62,012 nt of DNA from Candidatus Parvarchaeum acidophilus ARMAN-5 (lineage in GTDB: Archaea; Nanobdellota; Nanobdellia; Parvarchaeales; Parvarchaeaceae): positions 1 to 62,012 of the forward strand of contig GG745550.1 in NCBI GenBank assembly GCA_002412085.1, read 5' to 3'. Shown piece by piece: positions 29,748 through 39,964 of this stretch (positions are counted from its first letter, which is position 1; each line of letters begins with the position of its first letter). The translations under genes and the position numbers were made by a program. The notes beneath the pieces are model-generated. The model saw only the letters and a program-made list of their open reading frames with translations, had not been told where the DNA came from and made no database searches.

Positions 29748-30467
29748 TTACATTTTTATTACATCTTTTGCGATGTTAATTATGTCTAAAGAAGCGGGAC
29801 TTCTGGATGCACATGTAACTATAGGGATACCTTGTTTTAATGCCAAGTATACTCTTTGATCTTCTCTTATTCTCCAGATATTTTGTATACCAGTCATATC
29901 CTCCGCTTCTTTTTTCGTTACTTGTTCTCTTATTCTTGTGTTTACTTTATTAAGTATTAATCCGATTATATCAATTTTAGAGTAATCTAGTTTTTCCTTT
30001 ATCTTTTTTGCTTCAATTATTGAAGTTATTTCTGGATTAGAAACTATTATGCTTTCTGCGTTTTTTAGGTTTTCAATGAAGTCTATATTATAAGATGGTT
30101 TGGAGTCGATTATTATAAAGTCGTATATACCCTCAAGTAATTTGAGGTATTTTTCCATATTTACCAGTTTCTTTTTAGCCAACTCATCCGTATCATTATC
30201 TACTCTAGAAGGCAGAATATGAAAATTAGGGTCGTCTCCTGTGTATATTACATCTTTTATTGTCGCATTTCCATTGAGTAAATCTTCGAACGAATATTTA
30301 AATCCGACAAAGCCATAGTATACTGCTACATGTGGAGTGTCTATATTTGCGTCTATAAGTAAAGTCTTTTTTTTAAGTGAGGATATTGCAGTTGCAAGAT
30401 TAACTGCCACAGTAGTTTTACCTACACCTCCTTTAGGACTCATTACAACTATAACTTTTGTTTGCAT
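29748..30467 (-). CDS. MinD/ParA-family ATPase
   Basis: KGGVGKTT deviant Walker A, IDAN, DFIIIDS, ILNKV. Confidence 0.9.
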   Translation of the reverse strand: MQTKVIVVMSPKGGVGKTTVAVNLATAISSLKKKTLLIDANIDTPHVAVYYGFVGFKYSFEDLLNGNATIKDVIYTGDDPNFHILPSRVDNDTDELAKKKLVNMEKYLKLLEGIYDFIIIDSKPSYNIDFIENLKNAESIIVSNPEITSIIEAKKIKEKLDYSKIDIIGLILNKVNTRIREQVTKKEAEDMTGIQNIWRIREDQRVYLALKQGIPIVTCASRSPASLDIINIAKDVIKM

Positions 30468-30519
30468 ATTATATAATAAAAGAATGTTCTAATTAATATT
30501 TATAGTAGTTGATTTTATT

Positions 30520-31044
30520 ATGGAAGAATCTAAAAAATGTGCTGTTTGTGGAAAGAGTGCCGCTTTTTACTCAACGTATCTAAAGCAGAATCTTTGTAAA
30601 AAGCATTTTGAGCGTATGCTGATAAGAAGAGTTAGGAGTAACATGGCATCAAACAATATTAGAGGATATTCTTTTCGCATTGGAAATGAGAATAAATGTG
30701 GAGAAGCATTTCTCGAGTTTCTTTTTAAAGAATATACTAAAGGAAAGACTTTAACATTAAAATCCAATACATTAGAGGACTTTTCAATAGTAGTTATGCG
30801 TTTTTTTATGTTTCAGGATGAACCTAAGTTGAAAATATCAGAAAAGGAAAGTTTTAATCCTCTGTTCAATGTTTCAGAACAGGAAATAGTCTCCTTCTTT
30901 TCGCTTAAAAATAAGAAAGTAACTTTAAAGAAAAGAAGCGAAAAGGAAAAAGCAGTGCTTGATTTTTTGTCAAAATTGGAAGAAAGAAGACCTGGAGGAA
31001 TGATATCTATAGTAAAAGCAGGCGTCGCACTGGAAATCATTTAA
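30520..31044 (+). CDS. Degenerate TtuA/Ncs6-like protein lacking the PP-loop
   Basis: N-terminal CxxC...LCxxHF Zn finger; later TLED, PL....E.EI and LEERRPG; no SGGKDS. Confidence 0.6.
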   Translation: MEESKKCAVCGKSAAFYSTYLKQNLCKKHFERMLIRRVRSNMASNNIRGYSFRIGNENKCGEAFLEFLFKEYTKGKTLTLKSNTLEDFSIVVMRFFMFQDEPKLKISEKESFNPLFNVSEQEIVSFFSLKNKKVTLKKRSEKEKAVLDFLSKLEERRPGGMISIVKAGVALEII

Positions 31045-31282
31045 GTTTGTAATAGTTTTTAATGGCGGTGCTACCCCAGCTGAATCTTCCTATTTCATTC
31101 TTTTTTTCCATGCTAACTTTATCTTCTTTTAGAGCTACATGAAGGTAATGGTAAACAAGTCTGCTGGATATGTTTCTGCCGTTTTTCTTCAAGTCTTTAT
31201 ATACTTCATATCCAGTCTTTTCACCTTGTAACAGTATTTTCATAATGTCATCCATAAGATTCTCGTTTATTTTTCTTACCAT
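31037..31282 (-). CDS. Small winged-helix protein
   Basis: IL..GEKTGYEVYK...RLVYHYL...SWG...YY.L pattern. Confidence 0.65.
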   Translation of the reverse strand: MVRKINENLMDDIMKILLQGEKTGYEVYKDLKKNGRNISSRLVYHYLHVALKEDKVSMEKKNEIGRFSWGSTAIKNYYKLK

Positions 31283-31284
31283 AC

Positions 31285-31791
31285 TTAAGTGCACTGCGGA
31301 TCCGAATCATTTGTAGACAGACATATATAATTTAATATGTCATTATAAGCAGTCTGGTTATTCCTAAATCCACCTATCTTGTAGTATTCTCCGTTGAATA
31401 TTATAAGCGGTATCTTATTCTCTCCTATAGAATTATAAAGTGATACAGCAGAATCTGGTATGTTGCTGGATACGTTATTATTGTAATTTGATATATTGAA
31501 TGCCCATGCACAGAAATAACCACTGTAAAATGTATTATTTCCCCATACCCCGAAAAGCGAAGTCACGTTCTTGAATGAATCAAGAGTGGAAGTACATGTG
31601 GTGCAGCTGTCAGCATAATATATAACTAAAGTTGGTTTTCCAGGAGAACACAGACCAGACATATTAAGGTCAGTACTGTGGAATGCATATAATTGTTGCA
31701 GTTTGTAATTCTGGTAATATAAAAATGCGCCAGTTATAAATACCACTATAACTAAAGCCAAATATACATAGTATATTTTTTTAATTTGCAT
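31285..31791 (-). CDS. Membrane-anchored thioredoxin-fold protein
   Basis: N-terminal TM, CTTC, cis-Pro motif IPLIIFNG. Confidence 0.65.
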   Translation of the reverse strand: MQIKKIYYVYLALVIVVFITGAFLYYQNYKLQQLYAFHSTDLNMSGLCSPGKPTLVIYYADSCTTCTSTLDSFKNVTSLFGVWGNNTFYSGYFCAWAFNISNYNNNVSSNIPDSAVSLYNSIGENKIPLIIFNGEYYKIGGFRNNQTAYNDILNYICLSTNDSDPQCT

Positions 31792-32683
31792 AAAAAGACA
31801 TGTTTAGACTCTTCATTTCAGAAGTATTGCAGTTGTTTGATTTGGTTATTATGCATATGTTTGTATAATTTCCAAGGCTTTTGTAAAGTCCTGTGTATAT
31901 ACTTGATGAAAAATACTTAGGATCCGTAACTATATTGAATATTTTAGAAGTGTTACATGAAGTGGCATTTATAAGTTTATATACAGGAAACTGAAAAGGT
32001 CCGTAAATACCAGTCTCATTATAATAGTTAAACATTTTTCCTGTACTATAAAATAATATGTTTACTGGGAATTCTTTCATTTTTACAATAGCATTTATTT
32101 TACTGGAAATATTTTTACTGGATTTAAATAGAGCTATATCATATCTTAAAGGCTCCACAATGCTCAGGTTTCCGAACCCAGAAGCATTTACCTCACTATA
32201 ATAATTTGTTATCTCCTTGTAAGTAGAATTAAATATACTATTTATCAAGGTAGAGTTCATACTGTTGTTTATAAATGAAATTATACCTTTATATGCAGCT
32301 GTACAGTTTGTAGTGTTTTCTACGCTGCACATAGAATCAAGCGCCATGTCGGTTATTATGTTCTGGTATTCACTTTTTTCGGAATTAGGTAACAAATTAG
32401 AGAGTGAAAATGAGGGGTAAAGTTCATAGTTACAGCCGAAAATTATTGTATTATTTGAAAGTCCACCATAGAAATAATAGAGATCTTTATCAGATAAATT
32501 GTTTAGGTTAATGTTATTACTGGAAAGAAAAGCTGATAATTTAACTGCGTTTGTATTATTTGTATTAGATAGCAAATTTGTTTGACCAAATGGATAAACA
32601 TATAATATTGCTGCAAATGCAGCCATAAAAATAACTATCACTATTAAAATTTTAAGTACTGCCAGATTACTTTCCATAATCAA
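31781..32683 (-). CDS. Membrane-anchored Asn-rich hypothetical surface protein
   Basis: N-terminal TM, many N-x-S/T sequons, six Cys. Confidence 0.65.
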   Translation of the reverse strand: MIMESNLAVLKILIVIVIFMAAFAAILYVYPFGQTNLLSNTNNTNAVKLSAFLSSNNINLNNLSDKDLYYFYGGLSNNTIIFGCNYELYPSFSLSNLLPNSEKSEYQNIITDMALDSMCSVENTTNCTAAYKGIISFINNSMNSTLINSIFNSTYKEITNYYSEVNASGFGNLSIVEPLRYDIALFKSSKNISSKINAIVKMKEFPVNILFYSTGKMFNYYNETGIYGPFQFPVYKLINATSCNTSKIFNIVTDPKYFSSSIYTGLYKSLGNYTNICIITKSNNCNTSEMKSLNMSFYAN

Positions 32684-33464
32684 TTTCTTCCCTTAGTTTC
32701 TTTGCAGTCTCTTCAGGGGAATAATTTATTCTTTTTATGCCTAAAGCTTCAACAGGATCAACATTTCCGGCTAATAAAGAAACTTCGAAATGTTCGTTTC
32801 CTGACTGTATTATACTTATAGTAAGTTCTCTTTTAATGTTCTTTATTATTTTCATTAAAAGATTGGAAAGGTCAAAAGCCACGACATTATCTAATTTATC
32901 TAATGAAGTATGTTTCAGAGGAGCTATCTTTAATATCTCATTAGTATTTGGAGAAAATGGAATATACCCACTTATATTGCTTGTTCTGAATACTTCTCTG
33001 TTGCCTATATTTTTTATGCTCTCACAAACATAACACTTCTCTGTTATATGCCTTGGTATAGGAAGTACGACAAAATCCCAGTAATCATGTCCGTCTACAT
33101 ACCGAGTTATAGAGAAATTATCTCCTATTTTATATTTCTTTATCTCTTCTAGACGGTTGCTTATTATCAGTAAGAGATTTTCAATATCTTCCGCACTATA
33201 ATTTCTTAAATTAGGAGAGTGTTTGTTATTTTCCACTATTATTTCTTCGTACCCATGTGAGTTAGACTTTTTGAAGAACTGTCCGGTAAGCTCATATTTT
33301 GATGGTTGCACTCTATCCTTTATTTCGTATACTTTTACATACCCATTTTTAAATTCTATCGATTTTATCTCATCTTTGTTGTAGATACATTCTTTGCAGC
33401 CGCCTTTCTCATCACTTAAAAGCGAGAAGCTAAAATCCAATGGATTTAACCTGTATTCTTCCAT
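32667..33464 (-). CDS. Degenerate GalT-like protein
   Basis: HGYEEIIVENNKH, CYVC, PFSP, PLKH, SPEETAKKLR; lacks HxHxQ. Confidence 0.65.
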   Translation of the reverse strand: MEEYRLNPLDFSFSLLSDEKGGCKECIYNKDEIKSIEFKNGYVKVYEIKDRVQPSKYELTGQFFKKSNSHGYEEIIVENNKHSPNLRNYSAEDIENLLLIISNRLEEIKKYKIGDNFSITRYVDGHDYWDFVVLPIPRHITEKCYVCESIKNIGNREVFRTSNISGYIPFSPNTNEILKIAPLKHTSLDKLDNVVAFDLSNLLMKIIKNIKRELTISIIQSGNEHFEVSLLAGNVDPVEALGIKRINYSPEETAKKLREEIDYGK

Positions 33465-35042
33465 TTAACCCTCCAGCCTTGCTATTATTCTTGCGTATGC
33501 AGGTCTAGTGACTAAAAGTCCTACCAAAGAAGCAAGTATAGTTGTAAGAGCGAATCCTGCAAACAATGATGCCGTGGAGAAAAGTAACGGAAACATTATT
33601 GCTGCAAATGAAAAGAAGGATACAAATATAATAAAGAAGGCTCTGCTTATTCTCTTCTTTGTAACTGTGTATTCTGCCTGTGCCGCACCTCTGCGCATTT
33701 CATCGGTTATTATTATCTGGTCATCTACCGATATACCTATACTGGCTATTATACCGGCCATACTCGGTATATCAAGCGTCCAGTGTATTGCTGCGGCTAT
33801 ACCTATAACTATGAATATTTCAGTCAAACTTGTAATAAGTATCATCGAAGAGATTTTATAGTCTCTGTATCTCATAAATATGACTATACTTATAAGTATG
33901 AAAGCTATCACAAGTAGAAGATAAATTTGGCTTATAAACTGCCCACCCGCCGTGGAAGAAACAGAGTTTATTGACACTATCTTCAAAGGCACGGGTAGAC
34001 TGTCGGACTGCATTATTGCCATAAGTGTTTTCATATCTAATGTAGCCTGCTGTTGATCAGATCCAGATCCCTCTATAGTTATAGCGCCGTTGAAGTTGGT
34101 AAGTATGTTTGTAGAAATAAGAAGTGGCTGGCCTTGCTCTACCCCATTTAAGTATAAATATATCTTCTTGTTAAAATATCCAGGGTTTGTAGTAGAAGGA
34201 CTAAGGCTTTTTACAGCATTTTCGAAGTTTTTCGCTGCTCCACTAGCCATTTGTATACCAAATTGGAATTGGTATCCATTCGAAGCACTTGGTGTTTGAT
34301 AGACTCCGAATGGACAACCGGATGATAAACAAACATCCAGTATGCTCTCACTCGAATTGCTGCTATTGAAAACTGTGAAGTTCCCTATTGTCGCATAGAA
34401 TTTACCTTGGTTTTGTATCAGTGACAGTGCCTGGCTTTGTCCCACACTTGGCATGCTTACCATTATAAAGGATTTACCAGAAAGTGCCTGTACGGTACTG
34501 ACAGTGGTACCACTTATACCATAAACGTCAAGTCTTTTTGATAATGTTGTTTCCAGAGTGGTTACTAGAGTTGAGTTATAGTTAGTGGCATTAGGTACAA
34601 TTTCAATCTGCGTTCCCCCGATTATATCTAAACCATAATTTAGATTGGTATATGGCACATTCTGGGTTTCTATAGTTGAAGAATTAAATACAGCATTAGG
34701 CTCAACAAAAATCTTGGATGTATTGCTTGTGTAAATGTATGGGAATACTTTATCTTTATAGGTTAAACTAAGTGTTCCATTTGTAACAACACTTTTGTTT
34801 AGCTGTGCGTAAAATTGTTGAATATTATGCACCGGTATACCATTTACTGCCGTTATTATAGAACCAGTACTTAATCCTATTACTCCTCTGGCACTCAGGT
34901 TTCCAATGTACGAATTTGCAGGCATGTATATCACCTGTGCACCATTTACACCGGTTATATTGGGCTGTATGGCAAGAAAAGCCACTACAACTAATATTAT
35001 CATTAAAATTATTCTCCAATCGTACAATATTGATTTTGCCAT
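33465..35042 (-). CDS. secD: Preprotein translocase subunit SecD
   Basis: GLDIIGG, KRLDVYG, SLPVPL, GISVDDQIIITDE, GFALTT. Confidence 0.92.
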   Translation of the reverse strand: MAKSILYDWRIILMIILVVVAFLAIQPNITGVNGAQVIYMPANSYIGNLSARGVIGLSTGSIITAVNGIPVHNIQQFYAQLNKSVVTNGTLSLTYKDKVFPYIYTSNTSKIFVEPNAVFNSSTIETQNVPYTNLNYGLDIIGGTQIEIVPNATNYNSTLVTTLETTLSKRLDVYGISGTTVSTVQALSGKSFIMVSMPSVGQSQALSLIQNQGKFYATIGNFTVFNSSNSSESILDVCLSSGCPFGVYQTPSASNGYQFQFGIQMASGAAKNFENAVKSLSPSTTNPGYFNKKIYLYLNGVEQGQPLLISTNILTNFNGAITIEGSGSDQQQATLDMKTLMAIMQSDSLPVPLKIVSINSVSSTAGGQFISQIYLLLVIAFILISIVIFMRYRDYKISSMILITSLTEIFIVIGIAAAIHWTLDIPSMAGIIASIGISVDDQIIITDEMRRGAAQAEYTVTKKRISRAFFIIFVSFFSFAAIMFPLLFSTASLFAGFALTTILASLVGLLVTRPAYARIIARLEG

Positions 35043-35043
35043 A

Positions 35044-35988
35044 TCAAATCTTTGCTTTCTGAACCTCCGCTTCTTTGTAATGTAAACCAAAAAGCTGTGT
35101 GGATCCATTTAGTATCCACACTGTAAAGTCATCAAATATAACTCCTATTATAAGTATTATAGCTATCTCATGCAGAGTAGAATTAGTTGTACCAACAAAA
35201 AGAACTATAAATGTAACCAATGCTGCCGCATCCATAGTAAGCGAAGTTTTTATTGTCTTTGTAAGACGGTAACGCATACTGGCTTCTTCTCTTTTAAGAA
35301 TATTCGTAGCCAATATTATGTTTCTGTCAGCTGAGTAGCCCATTATCATTAAGATACCCGCTATTGATGCTGTAGAGAAAGAGAATCCGATTATGTCTAG
35401 TACTCCGACTATGTTTATTATATCACTTATTATACTTACTATATTTGAAAAAGCCTGCCAAACACTTCTGAAATAAAACAATGATACTGCGGCTACCAGT
35501 ACAAATGCTATCCCTAATAATATTATTGAACTGTACAAAGAACTCTGTGCCAGTGTAGAGCTTACAAAGTTAATGCTTGAATCTTTGCTGTTTACAGGTA
35601 TTTTTAATATATTTGAAAGCGCAGTCTGTAACTGAGTCGAATTTACATCTTTACCAACGGTAACAGAATAACCAGTTATAGAATTGCTAAAAGGGGCTTT
35701 AACTACACTTACAGTTACAGCTTGTTTTAATTCTGACCCAAGAGAACTGGCTATAAAGGTTGCAGAGATACTATGGTTGGTATTTACTATTATATTAGTC
35801 CCTCCTGCAAGTGATATTCCTTCATTTACTGGTTCTCCATGAACGTGATAGTAATAACCTATCAATGACGCAAAGAATATAATAAATATTATTGGTATTA
35901 TTACCATCTTTCTGTAATTTCTTAGGTAATACTCAACCACATTATCTATTTCTTTGCTTATTCGTCTTCTTACACCCATAAAGAACAT
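35044..35988 (-). CDS. secF: Preprotein translocase subunit SecF
   Basis: GISLAGG, SIAGILMIMGYS.D.NIIL, six TM segments; adjacent to secD. Confidence 0.88.
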   Translation of the reverse strand: MFFMGVRRRISKEIDNVVEYYLRNYRKMVIIPIIFIIFFASLIGYYYHVHGEPVNEGISLAGGTNIIVNTNHSISATFIASSLGSELKQAVTVSVVKAPFSNSITGYSVTVGKDVNSTQLQTALSNILKIPVNSKDSSINFVSSTLAQSSLYSSIILLGIAFVLVAAVSLFYFRSVWQAFSNIVSIISDIINIVGVLDIIGFSFSTASIAGILMIMGYSADRNIILATNILKREEASMRYRLTKTIKTSLTMDAAALVTFIVLFVGTTNSTLHEIAIILIIGVIFDDFTVWILNGSTQLFGLHYKEAEVQKAKI

Positions 35989-36041
35989 TAAATTCAGTAT
36001 TTTATTAATTCTTAACGTATTTTGTCTTTTAAAGGCTTTTT

Positions 36042-36782
36042 TTACCGATTAAAAGGGCGATATTCATAGAGATTATCAGTATTTTTACTATCCTTTAGAT
36101 CGTAATATAGTTCAGTCATTATTTTTTTTATAGGTTTTTTCCATATATTTTTCGGCATTGTAGTATTAAAATTCATTAATAAGTTTTTCTCATCACTATC
36201 ACGGCAGTAAGAGAATAACTCTTCCTTAAGCATATATATCCTATATAAGGAAAGTTTTTCTTCCTTGTACCCTTTATTCCTTTCACAATTTATTTTTTGA
36301 GAAATGTTTCTAGCCGTCTTATAACGAGAATATTTATTCAGATTTACAGCATTTAATGAAAGCGAAAAACGTATTTCGTCAACATCTGCGAATATTCCAT
36401 TTATATCCCTACTTTTATATGCTCTCTCAACAGTTTTTATCTTTTTAATTATATGTTTTTTTCTGTGCTCTAAAAGTCTATCCGCTCTTATAGTTTCTAT
36501 CTCTACTATCTCACAGATTTTTCTTTCGTTTTCTTTGTATACAATTGCAAGGTCAGCATTCCACCGTTCAGTGTCAGATCTTCTTTTTCCATACCTATTT
36601 TTAGCTGGTCTTTTTACGTTACTGTGTATATATAGAGGATATTCTCCGTCAGCATACATTATATTATCTCTATTATTTTCTATGTAGGAATAACTTGATA
36701 TCTGCATAAGCTTATGTAATATAGAAGGGTTGTTGTCTATGGTGTTTTCTATTAAAACCTCTTCAAGAGTTCTTTTTACCAC
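36042..36782 (-). CDS. Hypothetical protein, possible PD-(D/E)xK-like fold
   Basis: 246-aa ORF containing ADLAIVY...IVEIET. Confidence 0.5.
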   Translation of the reverse strand: MVKRTLEEVLIENTIDNNPSILHKLMQISSYSYIENNRDNIMYADGEYPLYIHSNVKRPAKNRYGKRRSDTERWNADLAIVYKENERKICEIVEIETIRADRLLEHRKKHIIKKIKTVERAYKSRDINGIFADVDEIRFSLSLNAVNLNKYSRYKTARNISQKINCERNKGYKEEKLSLYRIYMLKEELFSYCRDSDEKNLLMNFNTTMPKNIWKKPIKKIMTELYYDLKDSKNTDNLYEYRPFNR

Positions 36783-36834
36783 AAACTTTAATAGCGGTTA
36801 ACTAATATAAATACGATTTGCTTTTTTTATTAGT

Positions 36835-37486
36835 ATGAGAGGGCAATTTTCTTTTGAGTTCGTTATAGACGTAGCTTTTGTTCTTTTACTTGTAACTTTT
36901 ATAGCCATTTTCTTTGCGCATATCTCTCCAGGCAGTTCAACTATATCTAAAATGAGTGGGATTTGCTCAGAAATAACAAGTTCAATAAACTCTTTGTCTA
37001 CTTCTAATGGGTTTACAGAATTAGCGTATATCCCTCTTTTATCATATACAAGCTTTCAGAATTATACAATAAACATATCGAATGGCATAATGATAATCTA
37101 TGAAAGTTCGCTTTATGGAGGTAAACTACTTGCTGGTCAAGATTTGGTTTCCTGCGGTGCAAACACTATGCTTACAGAGAACGAATCATTTGAGCTCTCA
37201 AACCTTGTTGCATACACAAATAATTCGGATATAGCACTTGCTTATGAATATGCTAATTATTCCGATAGTTTGCCTTATTATATAAACATTGGAGGGTTTA
37301 CAGGAGATGTAATTTATCTTTAGAATATGCCAATGGGACCTATTCAACACTCGCAGTTAAGATTCCCCTTTTATTTACTTTGCTAATACGGAATCTATAC
37401 CTTTACCAGCTGGAGAATATAATTATGTAGCGACCAGTATTTCTAATCCAAGAATATATGTTGATTTGCCTTTTTCTATTGGTTAG
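36835..37486 (+). CDS. Class III signal peptide protein (frameshifted 3' part)
   Basis: MRG|QFSFEFVIDV; after 37320 the reading appears to continue via frameshifts to ...YVDLPFSIG* at 37486. Confidence 0.65.
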
Positions 37487-37678
37487 ATAATCTGTAATTC
37501 AAAACGAAAGTTTTCAAAAGCGTTTATATTTTTACAGCGTAGAATAAAAAATCCAGCGTTATACCCAACCAGTTTATAACTTGTTTATAGCGTGATATGG
37601 TATGAAAAGCAAGATATTATTTTCATGTAATAGAAAGATAATAATAAACACTAGTTATAAGACATTATATAGATTAAT

Positions 37679-38402
37679 TTAATACATTTCGTTTTTTTCA
37701 GTGACTTTTTTAAGTATATTACTGATCCTTAGATTTTTATTTAATAGAGCAAGCTGGTATTTAGCGCTATCTTTAATTATTTTTTTATTCTTTTCACTAA
37801 GTTTGAAACTACTAATTTTTGAAATTTCAAAGTAATTTTCTTTTATATTATCATTGTTTAGCAGGGAATAAAGTGAAAAATGCTTTTCCACAGTCTCTAT
37901 GGCCTCATCTATGCTTGTTTTTGATACAAAAGATGCCAAAGCAAAAAAACCAGAAAGTGGTTTTATACTGTTTTTACAGTTTAAAAGTCCATATCTAGTA
38001 GCCTCCGATTCTGGGTATGCACCCAGTTGGGTTTTCTTTATCGTTAAGTATATCGCCAAGTTTATGGAAGTATCTAGAAACGTTCTCGTTTTTATGTTCT
38101 TTGTCATGAAAATGTCCTAATTCGTGGTATATAAGAAATCTAGCCCCTTCTTTAAGCGATTTTAGTTCATCAAGTACGCACACAAAATAAAGTAGTTCCT
38201 TCATGCTCTTCTCTATTGCAATTTCCCCATGTCCTAATGTATAAGCCATTGCAGAACCAAATATAATCGAATCTGTGTTATAATTCCGTAATTTAAATTT
38301 TTCTTCTATTGACAGGCTTTCTCTTAAAAATGCCCCATACATTTCGTTATCCTTCATTAATCTTTTGAGTAATTTATTCGTCATTAGCAAATTAGACATC
38401 AA
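37679..38402 (-). CDS. HExxH zincin-like hypothetical protein split by a frameshift near 38020
   Basis: HELGHFH in the upstream ORF and ESEATRYG in the overlapping downstream ORF. Confidence 0.55.
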
Positions 38403-38500
38403 ATAATATAAAAAGCTTATTTTTGCTTTTATTTAGTTGTAAAATAATGAAATATTAATAATTTTGCAAGGCTTTATTAGTTTAGTCAATACCTCTTAAT

Positions 38501-39595
38501 GTGGAAGGAGAGATAATATACACATATTTTTATGATTTTGCTGATAAAATAAACTTGAACGAAGTAAAGACTTATTTAAGAAAGGCGGAAGAGTTTTCAT
38601 TTTTTGAGTATGGTAAAGCGGTGCCAGAGGGTTTGAATCCATTTGAGTTACCGGTGCTTTTAAATGGCGAAAAAAAAGAAGTAAAATTTGATTCAGTTTC
38701 TTTAACAGTAAATCTCCAATGTTTAATTTATTCGGTAGGAGCCATGGCCATAAGAGTAAGGACCAAACTTCCAGATATTACTCAGCAATTAATCAATAAA
38801 ATAACATTCGATAAACGTTTTGAGAAAAGATTCAAAGAAGTTGCAGACGAACTAAAAAATAAAGTAGAAAAATCCCTATCAAAATATATAGTTGTAAAAG
38901 AAAGGAAGATATTCGAAATGTACCGGCAGTATTTTCTGGAACAAACCCAGAAAGATTTCTTTGAAAAAAATAAGAGTTGGATAGCAGGCATACTTCTGGA
39001 CGAGCAGAACTACAAAGAATTATCTGAAGATTATGTAAATAGTACATTAAAAAGAGATATAAGATACTACCAATATGATTATTTTGTATTCGATTGGGAC
39101 GCTATGTTTGCTCTATCTTTTTCTAGTAATTATGAAAATGAAATCACAGTGTGTGATACAGCAAATATACAACTTTTAGAGTATAGAATTTATCAGGAGG
39201 AAGTAGACAAGATGATAGATTACGTAAATGACAGATTCCTTGGAATGCGTAAAAGTCCTTTGTATGCCTTAGTTACAAGGAGAGCAATGATAAGGCTAAG
39301 CAAAGAAATAAGCGATTTCTATACCGAGTATAAGGATCTTATAGGGGGAGTAAATAAGATAGTTATGAGTTTTGGAGAATGGTATCTTTCCAAGGTTTAT
39401 TCCGCTCTTTCAGATTCTTTTAGACTTACAGATTTAGAGAAGAGGCTACAGAGCACTTTTGACATGCTTGTAAATATAAGAAACTTCATACAAGATCAGG
39501 TATCTGAAGATACCAGCTCATTTCTTGAATGGATAGTTATAATACTTTTTTTAATAGAAATAATACTTCTTTTTCTCCCTTCTTTTAAAATATAA
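38501..39595 (+). CDS. RMD1/DUF155-like protein
   Basis: C-terminal LEWIVIILFLIEI TM motif preceded by a helical region. Confidence 0.65.
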   Translation: MEGEIIYTYFYDFADKINLNEVKTYLRKAEEFSFFEYGKAVPEGLNPFELPVLLNGEKKEVKFDSVSLTVNLQCLIYSVGAMAIRVRTKLPDITQQLINKITFDKRFEKRFKEVADELKNKVEKSLSKYIVVKERKIFEMYRQYFLEQTQKDFFEKNKSWIAGILLDEQNYKELSEDYVNSTLKRDIRYYQYDYFVFDWDAMFALSFSSNYENEITVCDTANIQLLEYRIYQEEVDKMIDYVNDRFLGMRKSPLYALVTRRAMIRLSKEISDFYTEYKDLIGGVNKIVMSFGEWYLSKVYSALSDSFRLTDLEKRLQSTFDMLVNIRNFIQDQVSEDTSSFLEWIVIILFLIEIILLFLPSFKI

Positions 39596-39654
39596 TATGC
39601 ATAAACATAAGAAAAGTCTAATAACTTTAATATATCCTTGATAACTATACTTTT

Positions 39655-39860
39655 TGACAGCAGAATAGATTTTGATGGAGTAATATTCGATTTTGATAAT
39701 CACTTATAGATACTGCTTCAGTAATAAATGACGCTTATAAACTGTTTTTTCAACTATAGCTAGGATTTTAATCTTGATAGTGAGAAATTAATAGAAAAAG
39801 CGGATTTTTTTAGAGAGAAAAGATGAAAGAGCTAGCTCTTTCAAAAAATTATACAATGGT
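39655..39860 (+). pseudogene. Frameshifted N-terminal fragment of a HAD hydrolase
   Basis: Across shifts reads FDGVIFDFDN(T)LIDTASVINDAYK..DFNLDSEKLIEKA, similar to the HAD N-termini at 3546 and 53395. Boundaries approximate. Confidence 0.6.
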
Positions 39861-39964
39861 GTAGATTGAAAATCAGCAGATATTAATTCGAAACATCTCT
39901 AATACTATGGTATAGGGGTTTCAAATCCTTTCAAACAGTTAAATTCGATAAAGAGACAAAGTCT

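Noticed and set aside
37515..37596. Four AGCGT pentamers in an intergenic gap
   Set aside because: Short, irregularly spaced and between convergent genes; cannot be separated from chance.
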